This document shows positions 29,301-39,214 of a DNA stretch of 64,000 nt, one piece after another. A program made the translations under genes and the position numbers. Source of the DNA: Dehalococcoidia bacterium (GTDB lineage: Bacteria > Chloroflexota > Dehalococcoidia > Lucifugimonadales > UBA2985); the NCBI GenBank assembly GCA_034422115.1, contig DAOUJW010000017.1, positions 119,379 to 183,378 of the forward strand. The letters are read 5' to 3'. The notes under the pieces were generated by a model, which was given only the letters and a program-made list of their open reading frames with translations, searched no databases and was not told the DNA's origin. Position 1 is the first letter of the stretch. Each line of letters starts with the position of its first letter.

Positions 29301-29681
29301 GCCGACCGGGACAAGGCGGAGGCTGCGCCCCTCATCCGCGCCTTGGCGGAGAGCGGCAGCCGGCTGTACGCCACCGAGGGCACGGCGGCGATGGTGGAGG
29401 GCCTGGGCGTGCCCGTGACGCTGATCACCAAGAAGCTGAGCGAGGGCCACCCCAACGTGGTGGACATCATAATGGACGGGACGGTTGACGCGGTGGTGAA
29501 CACCGTGACGGGGGAGCGCTCCCACCTGCAGGACGGGTTCCAGATTCGCAGGGCCGCGGTGGAGAGGCGCATACCGTGCTTCACGTCCCTGGATACGGCC
29601 AGGGCCGCCTCGGAGAGCCTGCTGCACGGCACAGGCGGCTACAGCGTCCGGCGTCGCGGCGAGTACCTGGACGCGGAGTAG
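26364..29681 (+). CDS. carB: Carbamoyl-phosphate synthase large subunit
   Basis: 1105 aa. [24 protein letters not shown] and the duplicated ATP-grasp half [20 protein letters not shown]-like C-terminal domain. Confidence 0.97.
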   Translation: MTQKPSKVLVVGSGPIIIGQAAEFDYAGTQACKALKEEGVTTVLVNSNPATIMTDEGIADIVYIEPLTVDVISRIIERERPQGILPTLGGQTGLNLAVALADAGVLDKYDVRLLGTPLETIRSAEDRELFRDLLVEIGEPTLPSDIAESMDDVHRIMAEMGLPLVIRPAFTLGGSGGGIANTLEELEAVAKSGLAASPINQILLERSLVGWKEIEYEVMRDAADNCITVCNMENLDPMGVHTGDSIVVAPSQTLTDKEYQMLRSASLKIIRALGIEGGCNVQYALKPHDMVQETLPGAWEADSPYYVIEVNPRVSRSSALASKATGYPIARVAAKIAVGKRLDEIPNAVTQRTLAAFEPALDYCVVKIPRWPFDKFAAGDRNIGTQMKATGEVMAIDRSFEAAFQKAVRSLEVGGHTLLWEDREWQDGGGPPLDSLPLYPTDIRLWALMAALRRNVAPNDVARNTGIDPWFLYRLSNIVDMERRLLEEGLTPRLLRDAKRLGFSDVQIATLGDRLPDQVRQLRRDWGVSPVYKMVDTCAAEFEAATPYFYSTYEQENEAAFLEGAKAVVMGSGPIRIGQGIEFDYCSVHAAWALQEEGVKSIMANSNPETVSTDFDTSDRLYFEPLDEESVLDILENEAEAGADPSLCPPSMVQFGGQTAINLSQTLDRAGMPILGSTADAIDIASDRGRFEDFLARLGIPQPPGAGITSLEEALKVADGIGYPVLVRPSYVLGGRAMEIVQNATELIRYVTAAAEIAAGRPILIDKYLSGREVEVDAICDGETVFIPGIMEHVERAGVHSGDSMAIYPGVTLTEEEVNTLVEHTTRIGLALKVKGLMNIQYVIVGGSPYRSPQAMPEANGASTVYVLEVNPRSSRTVPFLSKVTGVPMVKLATKIMLGRTLAEMGYVGGLWKRQNLVAVKAPVFSMSKLAGVDTYLGPEMKSTGEVMGIDTDFRGAVAKALLAGGMLFRPNGSVLLSIADRDKAEAAPLIRALAESGSRLYATEGTAAMVEGLGVPVTLITKKLSEGHPNVVDIIMDGTVDAVVNTVTGERSHLQDGFQIRRAAVERRIPCFTSLDTARAASESLLHGTGGYSVRRRGEYLDAE

Positions 29682-29685
29682 GGCT

Positions 29686-30951
29686 GTGAGTGGCCTCCCG
29701 CTGGCCTGGGTGAACCGGGACGGCAAGATAATCATCCTGGCAAGGTCCGTGCGCACCTTTGCCCAGGGGTCTATAGCCGTCCTCTTTGCCGTATACCTGG
29801 ACCTGCTGGGGTTCAGCCTCACCCAGATAGGGGTGTTCTTCAGCTTTGGCGTGGCCGGGGCCGCCTTCTTTGCTTTTCTCGTCTCCCTGATTGCCGAGAA
29901 GATAGGCAGGCGGCGCGTTCTGATTGCGCTCACGCTTTTGACGGCCGCCGCGGGCGTGGTGCTGGTGCTGACCAGCGACGTGGTTGTTCTGACGGCCTTC
30001 GCGTTTCTCGGTTACCTGAGCGGCGTTGGCGGCGGTGGGGGAGCGCAGCCGACCCAGCCGCTGGAGCAGGCCAGCCTTGCCGACGCGTCGTCCGACGACA
30101 GGCGGACGGACCTGTTTGCCGTGTACGGCATCGTATCCACGAGCGCGGCCGCCGTTGGCGCGCTGGCCGCAGGGCTCCCCGACGTGTTCCAAAGCTACTT
30201 TGGCGTCAGCGAGATCGACTCATTCAAGGCGATGTTCGTCGGCTTTGTAGTGATGCTCCTGGTCGTGGCGCTGCTCTACGGCCTCCTTTCGCCGGGGGTG
30301 GAGGTGAAGGACGAAGCCAGGCAGTGGGTGAACCCTTTGACGCTGCCGTCGCGTCGCATCATATTCACCCTTACGGCGCTGTTCAGCGTGGACCACTTTG
30401 CCGGGTCTCTTCTGCTGCAGAGCCTGGTTGCCTACTGGTTCAGCACAAGGTTCGGCCTGGATCTTGGGGCGCTGGCCCTGGTCTTCTTCTTCTCCCACGT
30501 GCTTGCGGCCACTTCGCTGTGGCTGGCCGCCAGGATAGCCGCGAGAATCGGGCTGATAAACACGATGGTGTTCACCCACATCCCCGCCAACCTGTTCCTG
30601 ATAGCCGCCGCCTTCGCTCCCACAGGTACCCTGGCGGTGGTTTTCTGGCAGCTGCGCTCCTTCCTGAGCCAGATGGACGTGCCTACGCGCACCTCGTACA
30701 CAATGGCCGTGGTTGGGCCGGAGGAGCGGGTGGCGATGGCGGGCATACACATAGTTGGGAGGAGCGTATCGGGCATTGGCGGGCCGTATTTAGCGACGGC
30801 CCTGTGGCAGGCGGTATCGGCAAGCGCGCCGCTGATCGGGTGCGCGGTGCTGAAGATAGCCTACGACATCGCGCTCTACTTCATGTTCCGCAACGTGAAG
30901 CCGCCGGAGGAGGCGGCAAGAACGGCGAGTCGGGGGAGCGCTTCGCCGTGA
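29686..30951 (+). CDS. MFS-type transporter (about 12 TM)
   Basis: 421 aa, highly hydrophobic, with a loop motif GRRRVL after TM2 typical of the MFS. Confidence 0.75.
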   Translation: MSGLPLAWVNRDGKIIILARSVRTFAQGSIAVLFAVYLDLLGFSLTQIGVFFSFGVAGAAFFAFLVSLIAEKIGRRRVLIALTLLTAAAGVVLVLTSDVVVLTAFAFLGYLSGVGGGGGAQPTQPLEQASLADASSDDRRTDLFAVYGIVSTSAAAVGALAAGLPDVFQSYFGVSEIDSFKAMFVGFVVMLLVVALLYGLLSPGVEVKDEARQWVNPLTLPSRRIIFTLTALFSVDHFAGSLLLQSLVAYWFSTRFGLDLGALALVFFFSHVLAATSLWLAARIAARIGLINTMVFTHIPANLFLIAAAFAPTGTLAVVFWQLRSFLSQMDVPTRTSYTMAVVGPEERVAMAGIHIVGRSVSGIGGPYLATALWQAVSASAPLIGCAVLKIAYDIALYFMFRNVKPPEEAARTASRGSASP

Positions 30952-31038
30952 GCAGAGTCCAGATGATGGCTTGTAGTTATGCGTAAATCGGGATTACTAT
31001 GGTGGCGATGTTAAGACCTTCAGCAGAGACCTCCACCC

Positions 31039-32625
31039 ATGGTTGACGAAATCCTGTCCGACCTCCGAAGCCGAAACATTGTGGGGCACATCTGGCGCGG
31101 CGACCACACCGTCTGGAAGCCGGACCCGACTGAGATCACCGACCGGCTTGGGTGGCTCACCATCACCGACCGGATACGCGACCGGGTCGACGGGCTGAGG
31201 GCTTTCGCCGAGGAGATCAAGTCCGAGGGGTACCGCCACGTTGTGCTGCTGGGCATGGGCGGGAGCAGCCTGGGGCCGGAGGTCATCGGGCAGACCTTCG
31301 GCAGCGCGCCGGGCTACCCCAAGCTCATTGTGCTGGACTCCACCATCCCCGACTCTGTGCAGGCCGTCAGTGACGAGATAGACCCGGTCAAGACACTTTT
31401 TCTCGTGTCCTCCAAGTCCGGGACAACCATCGAGCCACTGGCCTTCTACAACCACTTCCGCAGCCTTGTTGACGCTAAATGCGCGGAGAGGGTGGCGGGC
31501 CAGCGTTTTGCGGCCATCACGGACCCGGGGACGCCCCTGGAGAGGCTGGCCGAGCTTGACCGCTTCCGGTGCGTCTACCTGAACGCCCAGGATATTGGCG
31601 GTCGCTACTCCGTGCTCTCCTACTTCGGGATGGTCCCGGCGGCTCTTGTCGGCGTCGACGTCTCAACACTGCTGGAGAGGGCCGACGACATGAGAACGTC
31701 CTGCGCGCCCCACGGGCCCTTGAGATACAACCCGGGCGCGCACCTGGGGGCGGTGATGGCCGGCCACGCCCTGCAGGGACGGGACAAGCTGACCCTCGTT
31801 GCATCACCATCCATCGCGAGCTTTGGGCTGTGGGTTGAGCAGCTCATCGCCGAGAGCACAGGCAAGGAGGGACGCGGCATTATCCCGGTCAACGGCGAGC
31901 CTCTCGCAGCCCCGTCCTGCTACGGCGATGACCGGCTTTTCGTGTACCTGCGGCTGGAGGGAGACGACAACGACGCCCTGGACGTGGCTATGGAGGCGCT
32001 TGAGGCGTCGGGGCAGCCCGTGGTGAGACTGGAGTTGAAGGACAGGTATGATCTGGGCGCGGAGTTCTTCCGGTGGCAGTTTGCGACCGCGGTGGCCGGG
32101 AGCGTTCTGGGCATTCACCCCTTTGACCAGCCGGACGTGCAGCAGGCCAAGGACGAGACGGCAATGGGACTTCAAGAACACAGGGAGACTGGCAGGCTGC
32201 CGCAGCCGGAGGAGGGCGGCTCGCTGGAAGAGTTGCTCTCGCAAGCCAGGCCGGGAGACTACCTGGCTATCCTGGCCTACATCCGAGAGACCCCGGAGAC
32301 CAACGAGGCGTTTGCGGAGCTAAGGAGTTGGGTCATGGAGCGGTACCGTGTCGCCACCACGGTGGGATACGGCCCGCGCTTTCTCCACTCCACGGGCCAG
32401 GTGCACAAGGGCGGCCCCAACACCGGCCTTTTTCTCCAGATTACCGCCGAGCGCGAGGACGACATCCCGGTGCCCCTGGAGCCTTACACCTTCGGCGTAC
32501 TGGCGGACGCCCAGGCCCTGGGCGATATGCGGGCGTTGAAGGCGCAGGGCCGCCGGGTCGCCGGCATGAGGCTGAAGGCGCAGCACCACGCTGAGCAAAT
32601 CAGGCGCATTGCGGAGCGGTTCTAG
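31039..32625 (+). CDS. pgi: Glucose-6-phosphate isomerase (long PGI type, as seen in transaldolase/PGI fusions)
   Basis: VVLLGMGGSSLGPEV, FLVSSKSGTTIEPL, GGRYSVLS. Confidence 0.8.
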   Translation: MVDEILSDLRSRNIVGHIWRGDHTVWKPDPTEITDRLGWLTITDRIRDRVDGLRAFAEEIKSEGYRHVVLLGMGGSSLGPEVIGQTFGSAPGYPKLIVLDSTIPDSVQAVSDEIDPVKTLFLVSSKSGTTIEPLAFYNHFRSLVDAKCAERVAGQRFAAITDPGTPLERLAELDRFRCVYLNAQDIGGRYSVLSYFGMVPAALVGVDVSTLLERADDMRTSCAPHGPLRYNPGAHLGAVMAGHALQGRDKLTLVASPSIASFGLWVEQLIAESTGKEGRGIIPVNGEPLAAPSCYGDDRLFVYLRLEGDDNDALDVAMEALEASGQPVVRLELKDRYDLGAEFFRWQFATAVAGSVLGIHPFDQPDVQQAKDETAMGLQEHRETGRLPQPEEGGSLEELLSQARPGDYLAILAYIRETPETNEAFAELRSWVMERYRVATTVGYGPRFLHSTGQVHKGGPNTGLFLQITAEREDDIPVPLEPYTFGVLADAQALGDMRALKAQGRRVAGMRLKAQHHAEQIRRIAERF

Positions 32626-32696
32626 GCCCATTTGATGGCGTGTGCTGCAATGCGCTTATGAGCGCTTGCAAGAGCTAAGTCGTAGCAGCCTGAAAT

Positions 32697-32733
32697 CCCT
32701 TCCCTCGCTTGCGGGGGAGGGTTAGGATGGGGG
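32697..32733. repeat. Hairpin repeat CCCTTCCC-N-GGGGAGGGTTAGGATGGGGG
   Basis: An inverted copy of the same motif lies at 62725-62763. Confidence 0.7.
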
Positions 32734-32740
32734 CAAGAAT

Positions 32741-33649
32741 ATGGACATAGGAATGATTGGCCTGGGGCGCATGGGCGGGGACATGGCCCGGCGTCTCCTG
32801 AGAGGCGGCCACAGGGTTGTAGTCTACGATGCCCAGCCGGATACGGTGCATACGCTGGTAGGCGAGGGCGCCATAGGCGCTTCATCGATACGGGACCTGG
32901 CGGAGCAGCTTGAGCCGCCGCGGGCGGCCTGGGTCATGGTGCCGTCCGGCGAGGCAACCGAGGCCACCATTGACGCTCTCGCGGAGACGCTGTCTCCTGG
33001 AGACGTGATAATCGACGGGGGCAACTCCAACTACAGGGACAGCGTCCGCCGCGCTGCGTCCCTGACGGAGGGCGGTCTGCACTTCCTGGACGCGGGCACC
33101 AGCGGCGGAGTCTGGGGCCTTGAGGGGGGCTACAGCCTAATGGTGGGCGGAGACCCGGAGGTGTTCAAGAGGCTGGAGCCGGTCTTCCAGACCCTGGCCC
33201 CCGGGCCGGACAGGGGCTACGGACGGGTTGGCCCTGCCGGCGCGGGGCACTTTGTCAAGATGGTGCACAACGGCATTGAGTACGGGCTGATGCAGGCGTA
33301 CGCGGAGGGCTTTGAGCTGATGGCGGCCAAAGAGGAGTTTGGCCTGGACCTGGCCCAGGTAGCGGAGATATGGCGGAACGGGAGCGTTGTGCGCTCCTGG
33401 CTGCTTGACCTCACGGCCGCGGCCCTGGGCGAAGACCCGGGGCTGGAGGGCATCCAGGCTTACGTTGAGGACTCAGGCGAGGGCCGGTGGACTGTCCAGG
33501 AGTCGGTTGACCTCAGCGTACCGGCGCCCGTAATCTCGGCGGCTCTGCAGGCCAGATTCCGCTCGCGCCAGGAGCAGCCCTTTGGCGCAAGGCTGCTGGC
33601 GGCCATGCGCAACCAGTTCGGCGGCCACGCCGTGCGGAGGGCGGATTAG
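32741..33649 (+). CDS. gnd: 6-phosphogluconate dehydrogenase, decarboxylating (short form)
   Basis: MIGLGRMGGDMARRL, DGGNSNYRDS, GHFVKMVHNGIEYGLMQA. Confidence 0.88.
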   Translation: MDIGMIGLGRMGGDMARRLLRGGHRVVVYDAQPDTVHTLVGEGAIGASSIRDLAEQLEPPRAAWVMVPSGEATEATIDALAETLSPGDVIIDGGNSNYRDSVRRAASLTEGGLHFLDAGTSGGVWGLEGGYSLMVGGDPEVFKRLEPVFQTLAPGPDRGYGRVGPAGAGHFVKMVHNGIEYGLMQAYAEGFELMAAKEEFGLDLAQVAEIWRNGSVVRSWLLDLTAAALGEDPGLEGIQAYVEDSGEGRWTVQESVDLSVPAPVISAALQARFRSRQEQPFGARLLAAMRNQFGGHAVRRAD

Positions 33650-33707
33650 CGAGTATTCCGTTAAGTGCCGGGAATCCCCCCAACACAATTGGAAGACCAT
33701 TATATTC

Positions 33708-33795
33708 CCGCTCATGGTGAGCCTGGTCGAACCAGAGCGGGGAGACAGCGGCCATACGGCCCCCGCTCACCCTTCGACATGCTCAGGATGAGCGG
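33708..33795. repeat. Composite palindromic repeat (same family as 827-918)
   Basis: CCGCTCATGGTGAGCCTGGTCGAACCAGAGCGG ... CCGCTCACCCTTCGACATGCTCAGGATGAGCGG. Confidence 0.85.
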
Positions 33796-33876
33796 GAAAG
33801 AGATGGCGACTCTACTGGCGATAGCATTAGCTATACGGCCCTAAAGCATCTACCAGCAGCGATTTCCCCAGGAAAG

Positions 33877-33914
33877 AAAGAGGCGCGGCGGCTACAGCCG
33901 CCGCGCCTCTTTTG
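33877..33914. terminator. Bidirectional hairpin terminator between gnd and the convergent crotonase gene
   Basis: AAAGAGGCGCGGCGGC-TACA-GCCGCCGCGCCTCTTT, with A/T runs on both sides. Confidence 0.75.
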
Positions 33915-33937
33915 CCTTTAAGCTAGGGGACCTATTA

Positions 33938-33974
33938 CCCATTCCTGAATTCCTGCGAAAGCAGGAATGACGGG
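33938..33974. repeat. Hairpin repeat ATTCCTGC-GAAA-GCAGGAAT-GACGG
   Basis: Related copies at 49138-49168 and 61258-61291. Confidence 0.7.
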
Positions 33975-33982
33975 TTGGTGGG

Positions 33983-34801
33983 CTATCTGCCCTTCCAGTC
34001 CGGCGCTCGCTTCTCGGCGAAGGCCTTGGGGCCCTCCATTCGGTCCTCGCTGTTGGCAACCCTCTCCTGGAGCGGCCGGTTCAGTTCTCGCAGGTGGTCC
34101 AGGAGCAGCGTCCCGGTCGGCGGGGTGGGCGGGTTGTGGTGGAGCCGCACGCCGTTCTTGAGGGCCCTGAGGGCCAGGGGAGCGCACAGCTTCAGGAGCT
34201 CGGCCACCCTGTTCGCCTCTTCGATAAGGGCGTCCCTGTCGGGTACAAGGGCCTGGATCAGGCCGATGTCGTAGGCCCGCTCTGCGGTCATGTGCGCGCC
34301 CGTGAGGATGATCCACATGGCCTCGCCCATGGGCACAAAGCCCATCTCCATGGTGTCCACGGAGTTGATGGGCGTAAGGCTGCGCAGTGGCTCCGGCATC
34401 CCGAAGCGGGACTTCTCCGTGGCGATGCGGATGTCGCAGCGATTGGCCAGCTGCATTCCGCCGGCAAGGGCGTAGCCGTCGATGGCTGCGATGGTGGGCT
34501 TCAGGCACTCGTAGACGGCCTGGCTGCCCGAAGGCGTGTTTCGAGACCAAGCGCCGCCTGCGGCGGAGTCGCCCTGGGCCTGCTCCTTCAGGTCGTTGCC
34601 GGCGCAGAAGGCGCGGCCGCCCTCGCCAATGACCACGGCCACCAGCACGTCGTCGTCGGCCTCCACTTCCTGAAAGGCCTCCGTGATGGCAATCCGGATC
34701 TCGGTGTTCAGGGCGTTCATCGCCTCCGGACGGTTCAGAGTGACCCAGGCTATCCTGTCATGTTTCTCGTACTTGACCGTGTTTGACGTAGGTCCAGGCA
34801 T
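33983..34801 (-). CDS. Enoyl-CoA hydratase/isomerase family protein
   Basis: Start MPGPTSNTVKYEKHDRIAWVTLNRPEAMNAL, preceded by AAGGAGGAAGAC. GEGGRAFCAGNDL, AAIDGYALAGGMQLA. Confidence 0.88.
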   Translation of the reverse strand: MPGPTSNTVKYEKHDRIAWVTLNRPEAMNALNTEIRIAITEAFQEVEADDDVLVAVVIGEGGRAFCAGNDLKEQAQGDSAAGGAWSRNTPSGSQAVYECLKPTIAAIDGYALAGGMQLANRCDIRIATEKSRFGMPEPLRSLTPINSVDTMEMGFVPMGEAMWIILTGAHMTAERAYDIGLIQALVPDRDALIEEANRVAELLKLCAPLALRALKNGVRLHHNPPTPPTGTLLLDHLRELNRPLQERVANSEDRMEGPKAFAEKRAPDWKGR

Positions 34802-34995
34802 GTCTTCCTCCTTGCTAAATCTTTGCCTGGGGCGACTTGCGTGAAGTCCCCAGAGCGGCTCTATAATACACGACTCGCCCATAGCCCTGCAATGCAGAAG
34901 GCCAACGGCGCGCGAGGTTGACTGGCTTGACTCCCCGATATGCCAGGGTTACTATCAGTTTAGCGGCGACCCGATTGCACACCAAGGGGGTTGAG

Positions 34996-35694
34996 GTGCC
35001 GGACCAAAAGGTACTGGTTGTAGAAGACGAGGAGAACCTGATAGAGGCGCTCAGATACAACCTTGAGAAAGAGGGCTACGACGTTCTCACCGCAATGGAC
35101 GGCGAGAAAGGCCTTGAGCTTGCCAGGGGCGGCAACCCGGACCTGATAATACTGGACGTTATGCTTCCGAGGCTGGACGGCCTGGAGGTGTGCCGCATCC
35201 TCCGGCGGGACGTGAACACCCCCATCCTGATGCTCACGGCCAAGGGTGAGGAGGTGGACCGGATTGTGGGCCTGGAGCTTGGCGCAGACGACTACGTGAC
35301 CAAGCCCTTCAGTATGCGGGAGCTGCTGGCCCGGGTGCGCGCTATGCTCAGGCGTTCGCGGATGGCATCGGAGGCGATGTCGTCGGGCGGCGGCGAGTCG
35401 TACACTGCGGGCGACCTTGAGGTGGATCTGTCCAGCCACACGGCCAGGCTGGGGGCCGCGACCCTTGACTTGAAGCCAAGGGAGTTCGACCTGCTGGCGC
35501 TCCTCGTCGCCAACAAGGGGCGGGCAATCTCCCGGGACCAGATACTGGAACGCCTCTGGGGGTACGACTACATAGGCGATACCCGCACGGTGGACGTGCA
35601 CGTCCGCTGGCTGCGGGAGAAAATCGAGACCGACCCGGGCAGTCCCAAGAGGATCATCACCATCAGGGGAGTAGGGTACAGGTTTGAAGGGTGA
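34996..35694 (+). CDS. PhoB/PhoP-type (OmpR-family) response regulator
   Basis: GTG 34996 gives VPDQKVLVVEDEENL...DLIILDVMLPRLDG...KPF, with winged helix LKPREFDLL...IITIRGVGYRF. It is adjacent to the PhoR-like kinase and pstSCAB-phoU. Confidence 0.88.
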   Translation: MPDQKVLVVEDEENLIEALRYNLEKEGYDVLTAMDGEKGLELARGGNPDLIILDVMLPRLDGLEVCRILRRDVNTPILMLTAKGEEVDRIVGLELGADDYVTKPFSMRELLARVRAMLRRSRMASEAMSSGGGESYTAGDLEVDLSSHTARLGAATLDLKPREFDLLALLVANKGRAISRDQILERLWGYDYIGDTRTVDVHVRWLREKIETDPGSPKRIITIRGVGYRFEG

Positions 35695-37454
35695 GTTTTC
35701 TTCATAGTCTCCAATGGCGCATTGTTCTAGCCTATACCGCTCTCATCATCGTCTCTATGGGTGTAGTCAGCCTCTATCTGGTCAACTTTGTTAGAGGCAC
35801 TTACACATCCAACCTGGAAGAGAGACTGGAGCATGAGGCCGGCCTGATTGGGGAGAACAGCGCTATGTTCTTCAGCGGATCAGTGGACCCCGGTGGTCTG
35901 CAGGAAGCCAACGAACGCATTGCCGGTCTGATTGACGCCCGAATCACCGTAATCGACCTGGAAGGCGCGGTCCTGTCGGACACCTGGGAGAACCCGGAGT
36001 CTATGGAGAACCATGCACTGCGCCCGGAGGTGCTGGGCGCTCTCAACACCGGCCTCGGCAAGAGTACGCGGTTCAGTTCTACGGTCGGCGTGGAGATGCT
36101 CTACATTGCCACACCAATCCGGGTAGGCGATACTGTTCTGGGCGTAGCCAGAGTCGCAATGCCGACCTCTGTAATCCAGTCAAACGTCAACCGTATCATC
36201 GCAACCATCTCCTTCTCCGCCGTCATAGTCACGGCGCTGTCCCTGGCCCTGGGCTACTACCTGGCCCGTCGCACCTCCAGGTCCGTCCGCTCAGTGGCAG
36301 AGGCGGCGGGCCGGCTTGCGTCCGGCGATATGGAGCAGAGGGTTGAGGCGCTGTCTCAGGACGAGACGCGTGAGCTTGCGGAGGCCTTCAACAGCATGGC
36401 CACGACCATCAGGACCAACATTCAGCAGCTTTCGGCTGAGCGCGACAAGCTCTCGGCTGTCCTTGAGACAATGGGCGACGGCGTGGTGGTCATCGGCTCG
36501 GAGGACCAGGTTGAGCTGCTCAACACCGCAGGCGAGGCGCTGCTGGGCGTGGGCGGGCCAACCTCCGAGGGCGGGCGGTTCATGGAGGTGGTGAGGGACC
36601 ACGAGCTGCAACGGCTGGTGTCGCTTTGCCAGGAGACGGGAGAGAGGCAGTACGGCGAAGTCGAGCTTCTCCAGAGGGGGCGCTTTCTGAGCTGCATCGC
36701 CACTCCCCTGAGCGGGGACGGCTCCCCCGGCGTACTGCTGACCCTGCACGACCTCACCAGGATTCGGCAGGTGGAGACGACCCGCAGGGAGTTCGTCAGC
36801 AACGTCTCCCACGAGCTGCGTACCCCCCTGGCCGCCGTCCGGGTGATGGCGGAGACCCTTGAGAGCGGCGCGCTGGAGGAGCAGGAGGTGGCCAGGGACT
36901 TTGTGCGCCGTATCCAGGGGGAGATAGACCGCATGAACAGCATGGTTGAAGACCTGCTGGAGCTGGCGCGGCTGGAGGGCGGCCAGGCCATGCTTGATAC
37001 AGCCCCGGTTGACCTGGGATCACTTATGGAGGACGTCAGGGCCCAGTATCGAGCGCAGGCGGAGGCCAAGAGCATCAAGGTCTCCATTGCCGTTGCGGAG
37101 GGCCTGCCCACGGTTCTTGGCGATGAGGAGAAGCTCCGCCAGGTGTTCTCCAACCTGTTGACCAACGCGCTCAAGTTCACCTCTGTTGAAGGGGAGATAA
37201 CCCTGTCGGCTAGAGCGGAGGTGCGAGCCGTGGCCGTGAGCGTCAGCGACAACGGCGTGGGCATTCCGGAAGAGCACCTTCCCCACATATTTGAGCGCTT
37301 CTACAAGGTGGACCGCTCCCGAAGGGACGGCGGCACGGGGCTGGGGCTGGCCATCGTCAAGCACATCGTCCAGGCCCACGGCGGCGAGGTGTGGGTGGAG
37401 AGCCGCGAGGGCGGCGGCAGCTCATTCTCCTTCAGACTTCCCGCGGCAACCTAG
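35691..37454 (+). CDS. PhoR-like sensor histidine kinase (TM, HAMP, PAS, HisKA, HATPase_c)
   Basis: FVSNVSHELRTPLAAV H-box, NLLTNALKFT, DNGVGIP, GGTGLGLAIVKHIVQAHGG. Overlaps the RR stop by 4 nt. Confidence 0.88.
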   Translation: MSFLHSLQWRIVLAYTALIIVSMGVVSLYLVNFVRGTYTSNLEERLEHEAGLIGENSAMFFSGSVDPGGLQEANERIAGLIDARITVIDLEGAVLSDTWENPESMENHALRPEVLGALNTGLGKSTRFSSTVGVEMLYIATPIRVGDTVLGVARVAMPTSVIQSNVNRIIATISFSAVIVTALSLALGYYLARRTSRSVRSVAEAAGRLASGDMEQRVEALSQDETRELAEAFNSMATTIRTNIQQLSAERDKLSAVLETMGDGVVVIGSEDQVELLNTAGEALLGVGGPTSEGGRFMEVVRDHELQRLVSLCQETGERQYGEVELLQRGRFLSCIATPLSGDGSPGVLLTLHDLTRIRQVETTRREFVSNVSHELRTPLAAVRVMAETLESGALEEQEVARDFVRRIQGEIDRMNSMVEDLLELARLEGGQAMLDTAPVDLGSLMEDVRAQYRAQAEAKSIKVSIAVAEGLPTVLGDEEKLRQVFSNLLTNALKFTSVEGEITLSARAEVRAVAVSVSDNGVGIPEEHLPHIFERFYKVDRSRRDGGTGLGLAIVKHIVQAHGGEVWVESREGGGSSFSFRLPAAT

Positions 37455-37475
37455 AACGCAACACAATCGTTTCCG

Positions 37476-37510
37476 GAAGAGGCTTCTGTGCACAGAAGCC
37501 TCTTTTTTCT
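37476..37510 (+). terminator. Rho-independent terminator after the kinase gene
   Basis: GAAGAGGCTTCTGTG/CACAGAAGCCTCTTC perfect palindrome, followed by TTTTTTCTTT. Confidence 0.85.
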
Positions 37511-37519
37511 TTCCAGGAA

Positions 37520-37563
37520 CCTTAAACGGATGTTAAAGCCGTGATAAAACCGCGTTAAACGGG
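37520..37563 (+). promoter_or_regulatory. Pho-box-like array: four 11-bp-phased direct repeats
   Basis: ccTTAAACGGA tgTTAAAGCCG tgATAAAACCG cgTTAAACGGG, with cores at 37522, 37533, 37544 and 37555. Followed by TATGCT and the RBS/ATG of the MBL hydrolase gene. Confidence 0.6.
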
Positions 37564-37596
37564 CGGGGGTATGCTGAAGGTGAAAGGAGGCTCCAG

Positions 37597-38436
37597 ATGA
37601 TGAGATTGGAAGTCCTGGGTAGCTGGGCGGGAAGTCCGGGAGCCGGAGGCGCGTGCTCAGGCTATCTGCTGGCGGATGGCGACACAAAGATACTCTTCGA
37701 CTGCGGCCCGGGTGTTGTGCCGGTGCTCCAGGAGCACGTTGAACCCGACGACGTGTCCGCGGTCTTCATCAGCCACATGCACGCCGACCACAGCCTGGAC
37801 CTCCTGACCTACGCCTACAGACTCATTCGATTCACCTGGAGGGGCCTGGACCTGGGCGAGGTTGAGAGAATACCTCTCTACCTGCCGCCCGGAGGCCTCA
37901 ACGTACTTGACCACCTCCTGGCAGCCTACGGACGGCCGGGCAGTGGCAAGCTGGACAACCCCTTCACCAGGGCCTTTGACCCCAGGGAGCTTGAGCCTGA
38001 GGAGGAGGTCTGGATTGGGGATACCAGGGTAGTGGCCCATCCCGTTCAGCACCCGGTCCCCTCATACGGCTACAGGGCGGAGTCGCCGGTTGCAACATTC
38101 GGCTACTCCGGGGATACGGCCCTGTGTATGGGGCTGGGGAGAATTGCGATGGGAGTGGACATGCTCCTTTGCGATGCATCGGCGACTCAGAGCAGCGATC
38201 CGGTTCTGGTCGAGAAGGGCGGCCATCTGAGCGGCCGGCAGGCCGGCGCCCTGGCCGAGGAGATGGGCGTCAAGCAGCTTGTGCTGACACACCTGAGCCG
38301 CCAGGACCCTGAGTGGCTGGTCGCCCTGCTGGACGAGGCCAAGAGCGAGTTCAGGGGGCACGTGGAGATTGCCACCACCGGAATGGTAATACCGGTAGCC
38401 GAGCAGTTTGCGCGGATGGCGTATGTAAAAGGTTAG
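37597..38436 (+). CDS. MBL-fold metallo-hydrolase (RNase Z / phosphodiesterase-like)
   Basis: RBS AAAGGAGG. HxHxDH motif ISHMHADHSLD. C-terminal LVLTHLS. Confidence 0.8.
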   Translation: MMRLEVLGSWAGSPGAGGACSGYLLADGDTKILFDCGPGVVPVLQEHVEPDDVSAVFISHMHADHSLDLLTYAYRLIRFTWRGLDLGEVERIPLYLPPGGLNVLDHLLAAYGRPGSGKLDNPFTRAFDPRELEPEEEVWIGDTRVVAHPVQHPVPSYGYRAESPVATFGYSGDTALCMGLGRIAMGVDMLLCDASATQSSDPVLVEKGGHLSGRQAGALAEEMGVKQLVLTHLSRQDPEWLVALLDEAKSEFRGHVEIATTGMVIPVAEQFARMAYVKG

Positions 38437-38519
38437 ACAACCCAAAAGGCAGGGGGAACCGTTCGAGGGAGAGTACCCTGAGCCTTAACTCCTTTAGCGT
38501 GGGGTGAGAGTCTTGGACC

Positions 38520-38710
38520 ATCGGGCTCTCGCCCCTCAGCTGTTTTGGGGGGCCGACCGTCATTTCGAACGGAGTGAGGAATCTAAAGCCACAGCCTGCA
38601 AAGGTGCGTCGTATTGAGCGAAGAACCTGGATTCCTCGCGAAGTTCATCCTGAGCGTAGCCGAATGGCTCGGAATGACATCTAAGGGGCTCCGCTTAATT
38701 CTGCGCAAAG
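38520..38710. repeat. Cluster of short hairpin repeats (GTCATTTCGAACGGAGTGAGGAATC / TCATCCTGAGCGTAGCCGAATGGCTCGGAATGAC types)
   Basis: Sequence types I recognise as common intergenic palindromes. The region's only ORF (38614..38814) is made of them. Confidence 0.45.
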
Positions 38711-38786
38711 CTCTTCGCAAGCGTTGGAGGAGAAATCAAGCGCCCAAACCAGGTTGCTCAGGCTACTCCGCGGAAGCCTACCAAAG

Positions 38787-38852
38787 CCTTAATCCGGCGT
38801 TCAGTCTTCCTTAACCCATCTTTAATCGGGCGATAACAGCCCGTTAACGCGC
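38787..38852 (+). promoter_or_regulatory. Pho-box-like array: six 11-bp-phased direct repeats
   Basis: Cores TTAA 38789, TTCA 38800, TTAA 38811, TTAA 38822, ATAA 38833, TTAA 38844, upstream of the 38911 ORF. Confidence 0.55.
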
Positions 38853-38910
38853 GGGTGCTACCTTGTAGCCATAACCTGATAAACAACGGAGCAACAAGAG
38901 GAAAGGAGGG

Positions 38911-39210
38911 ATGCTAATGCAGGATATGGCCACGATGGTCGTGGAAAAGGAGATTCAGCGCGGGGCAGTGAGCATACCGCTGAGGAGGCGGATTCTCGGG
39001 GTTGTGGCTCACACGCTCGCAATGCTTTCTCCCGGCCTGCCCAGGCCGAAGAGCTGCTCTTGCGGGTACCCCATGGATCTCAGAGGTGACCTTCTGACGG
39101 ACGAGGACACCGAAATGATAGTGGAGGGGGTGCGCTTCTGGAACTGCTCCCGCTGCGGCGACAGCGTGAAGGAGCGCTACTGCTTCCCAACGTACCAGGA
39201 GACGCTGTAG
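38911..39210 (+). CDS. Hypothetical Cys-rich (possible zinc-ribbon) protein; start more likely ATG 38917
   Basis: RBS GAAAGGAGGG. CSCG...(about 40 aa)...CSRCG cysteine pairs. No family recognised. Confidence 0.55.
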   Translation: MLMQDMATMVVEKEIQRGAVSIPLRRRILGVVAHTLAMLSPGLPRPKSCSCGYPMDLRGDLLTDEDTEMIVEGVRFWNCSRCGDSVKERYCFPTYQETL

Positions 39211-39214
39211 GGCG

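Noticed and set aside
27789-29933. 714-aa minus-strand ORF
   Set aside because: It is antisense to carB, so it is a shadow ORF.
38614-38814. 66-aa ORF
   Set aside because: It is composed of palindromic intergenic repeat sequence (…ILSVAEWLGMTSKG…), which recurs in many frames. It has no RBS.
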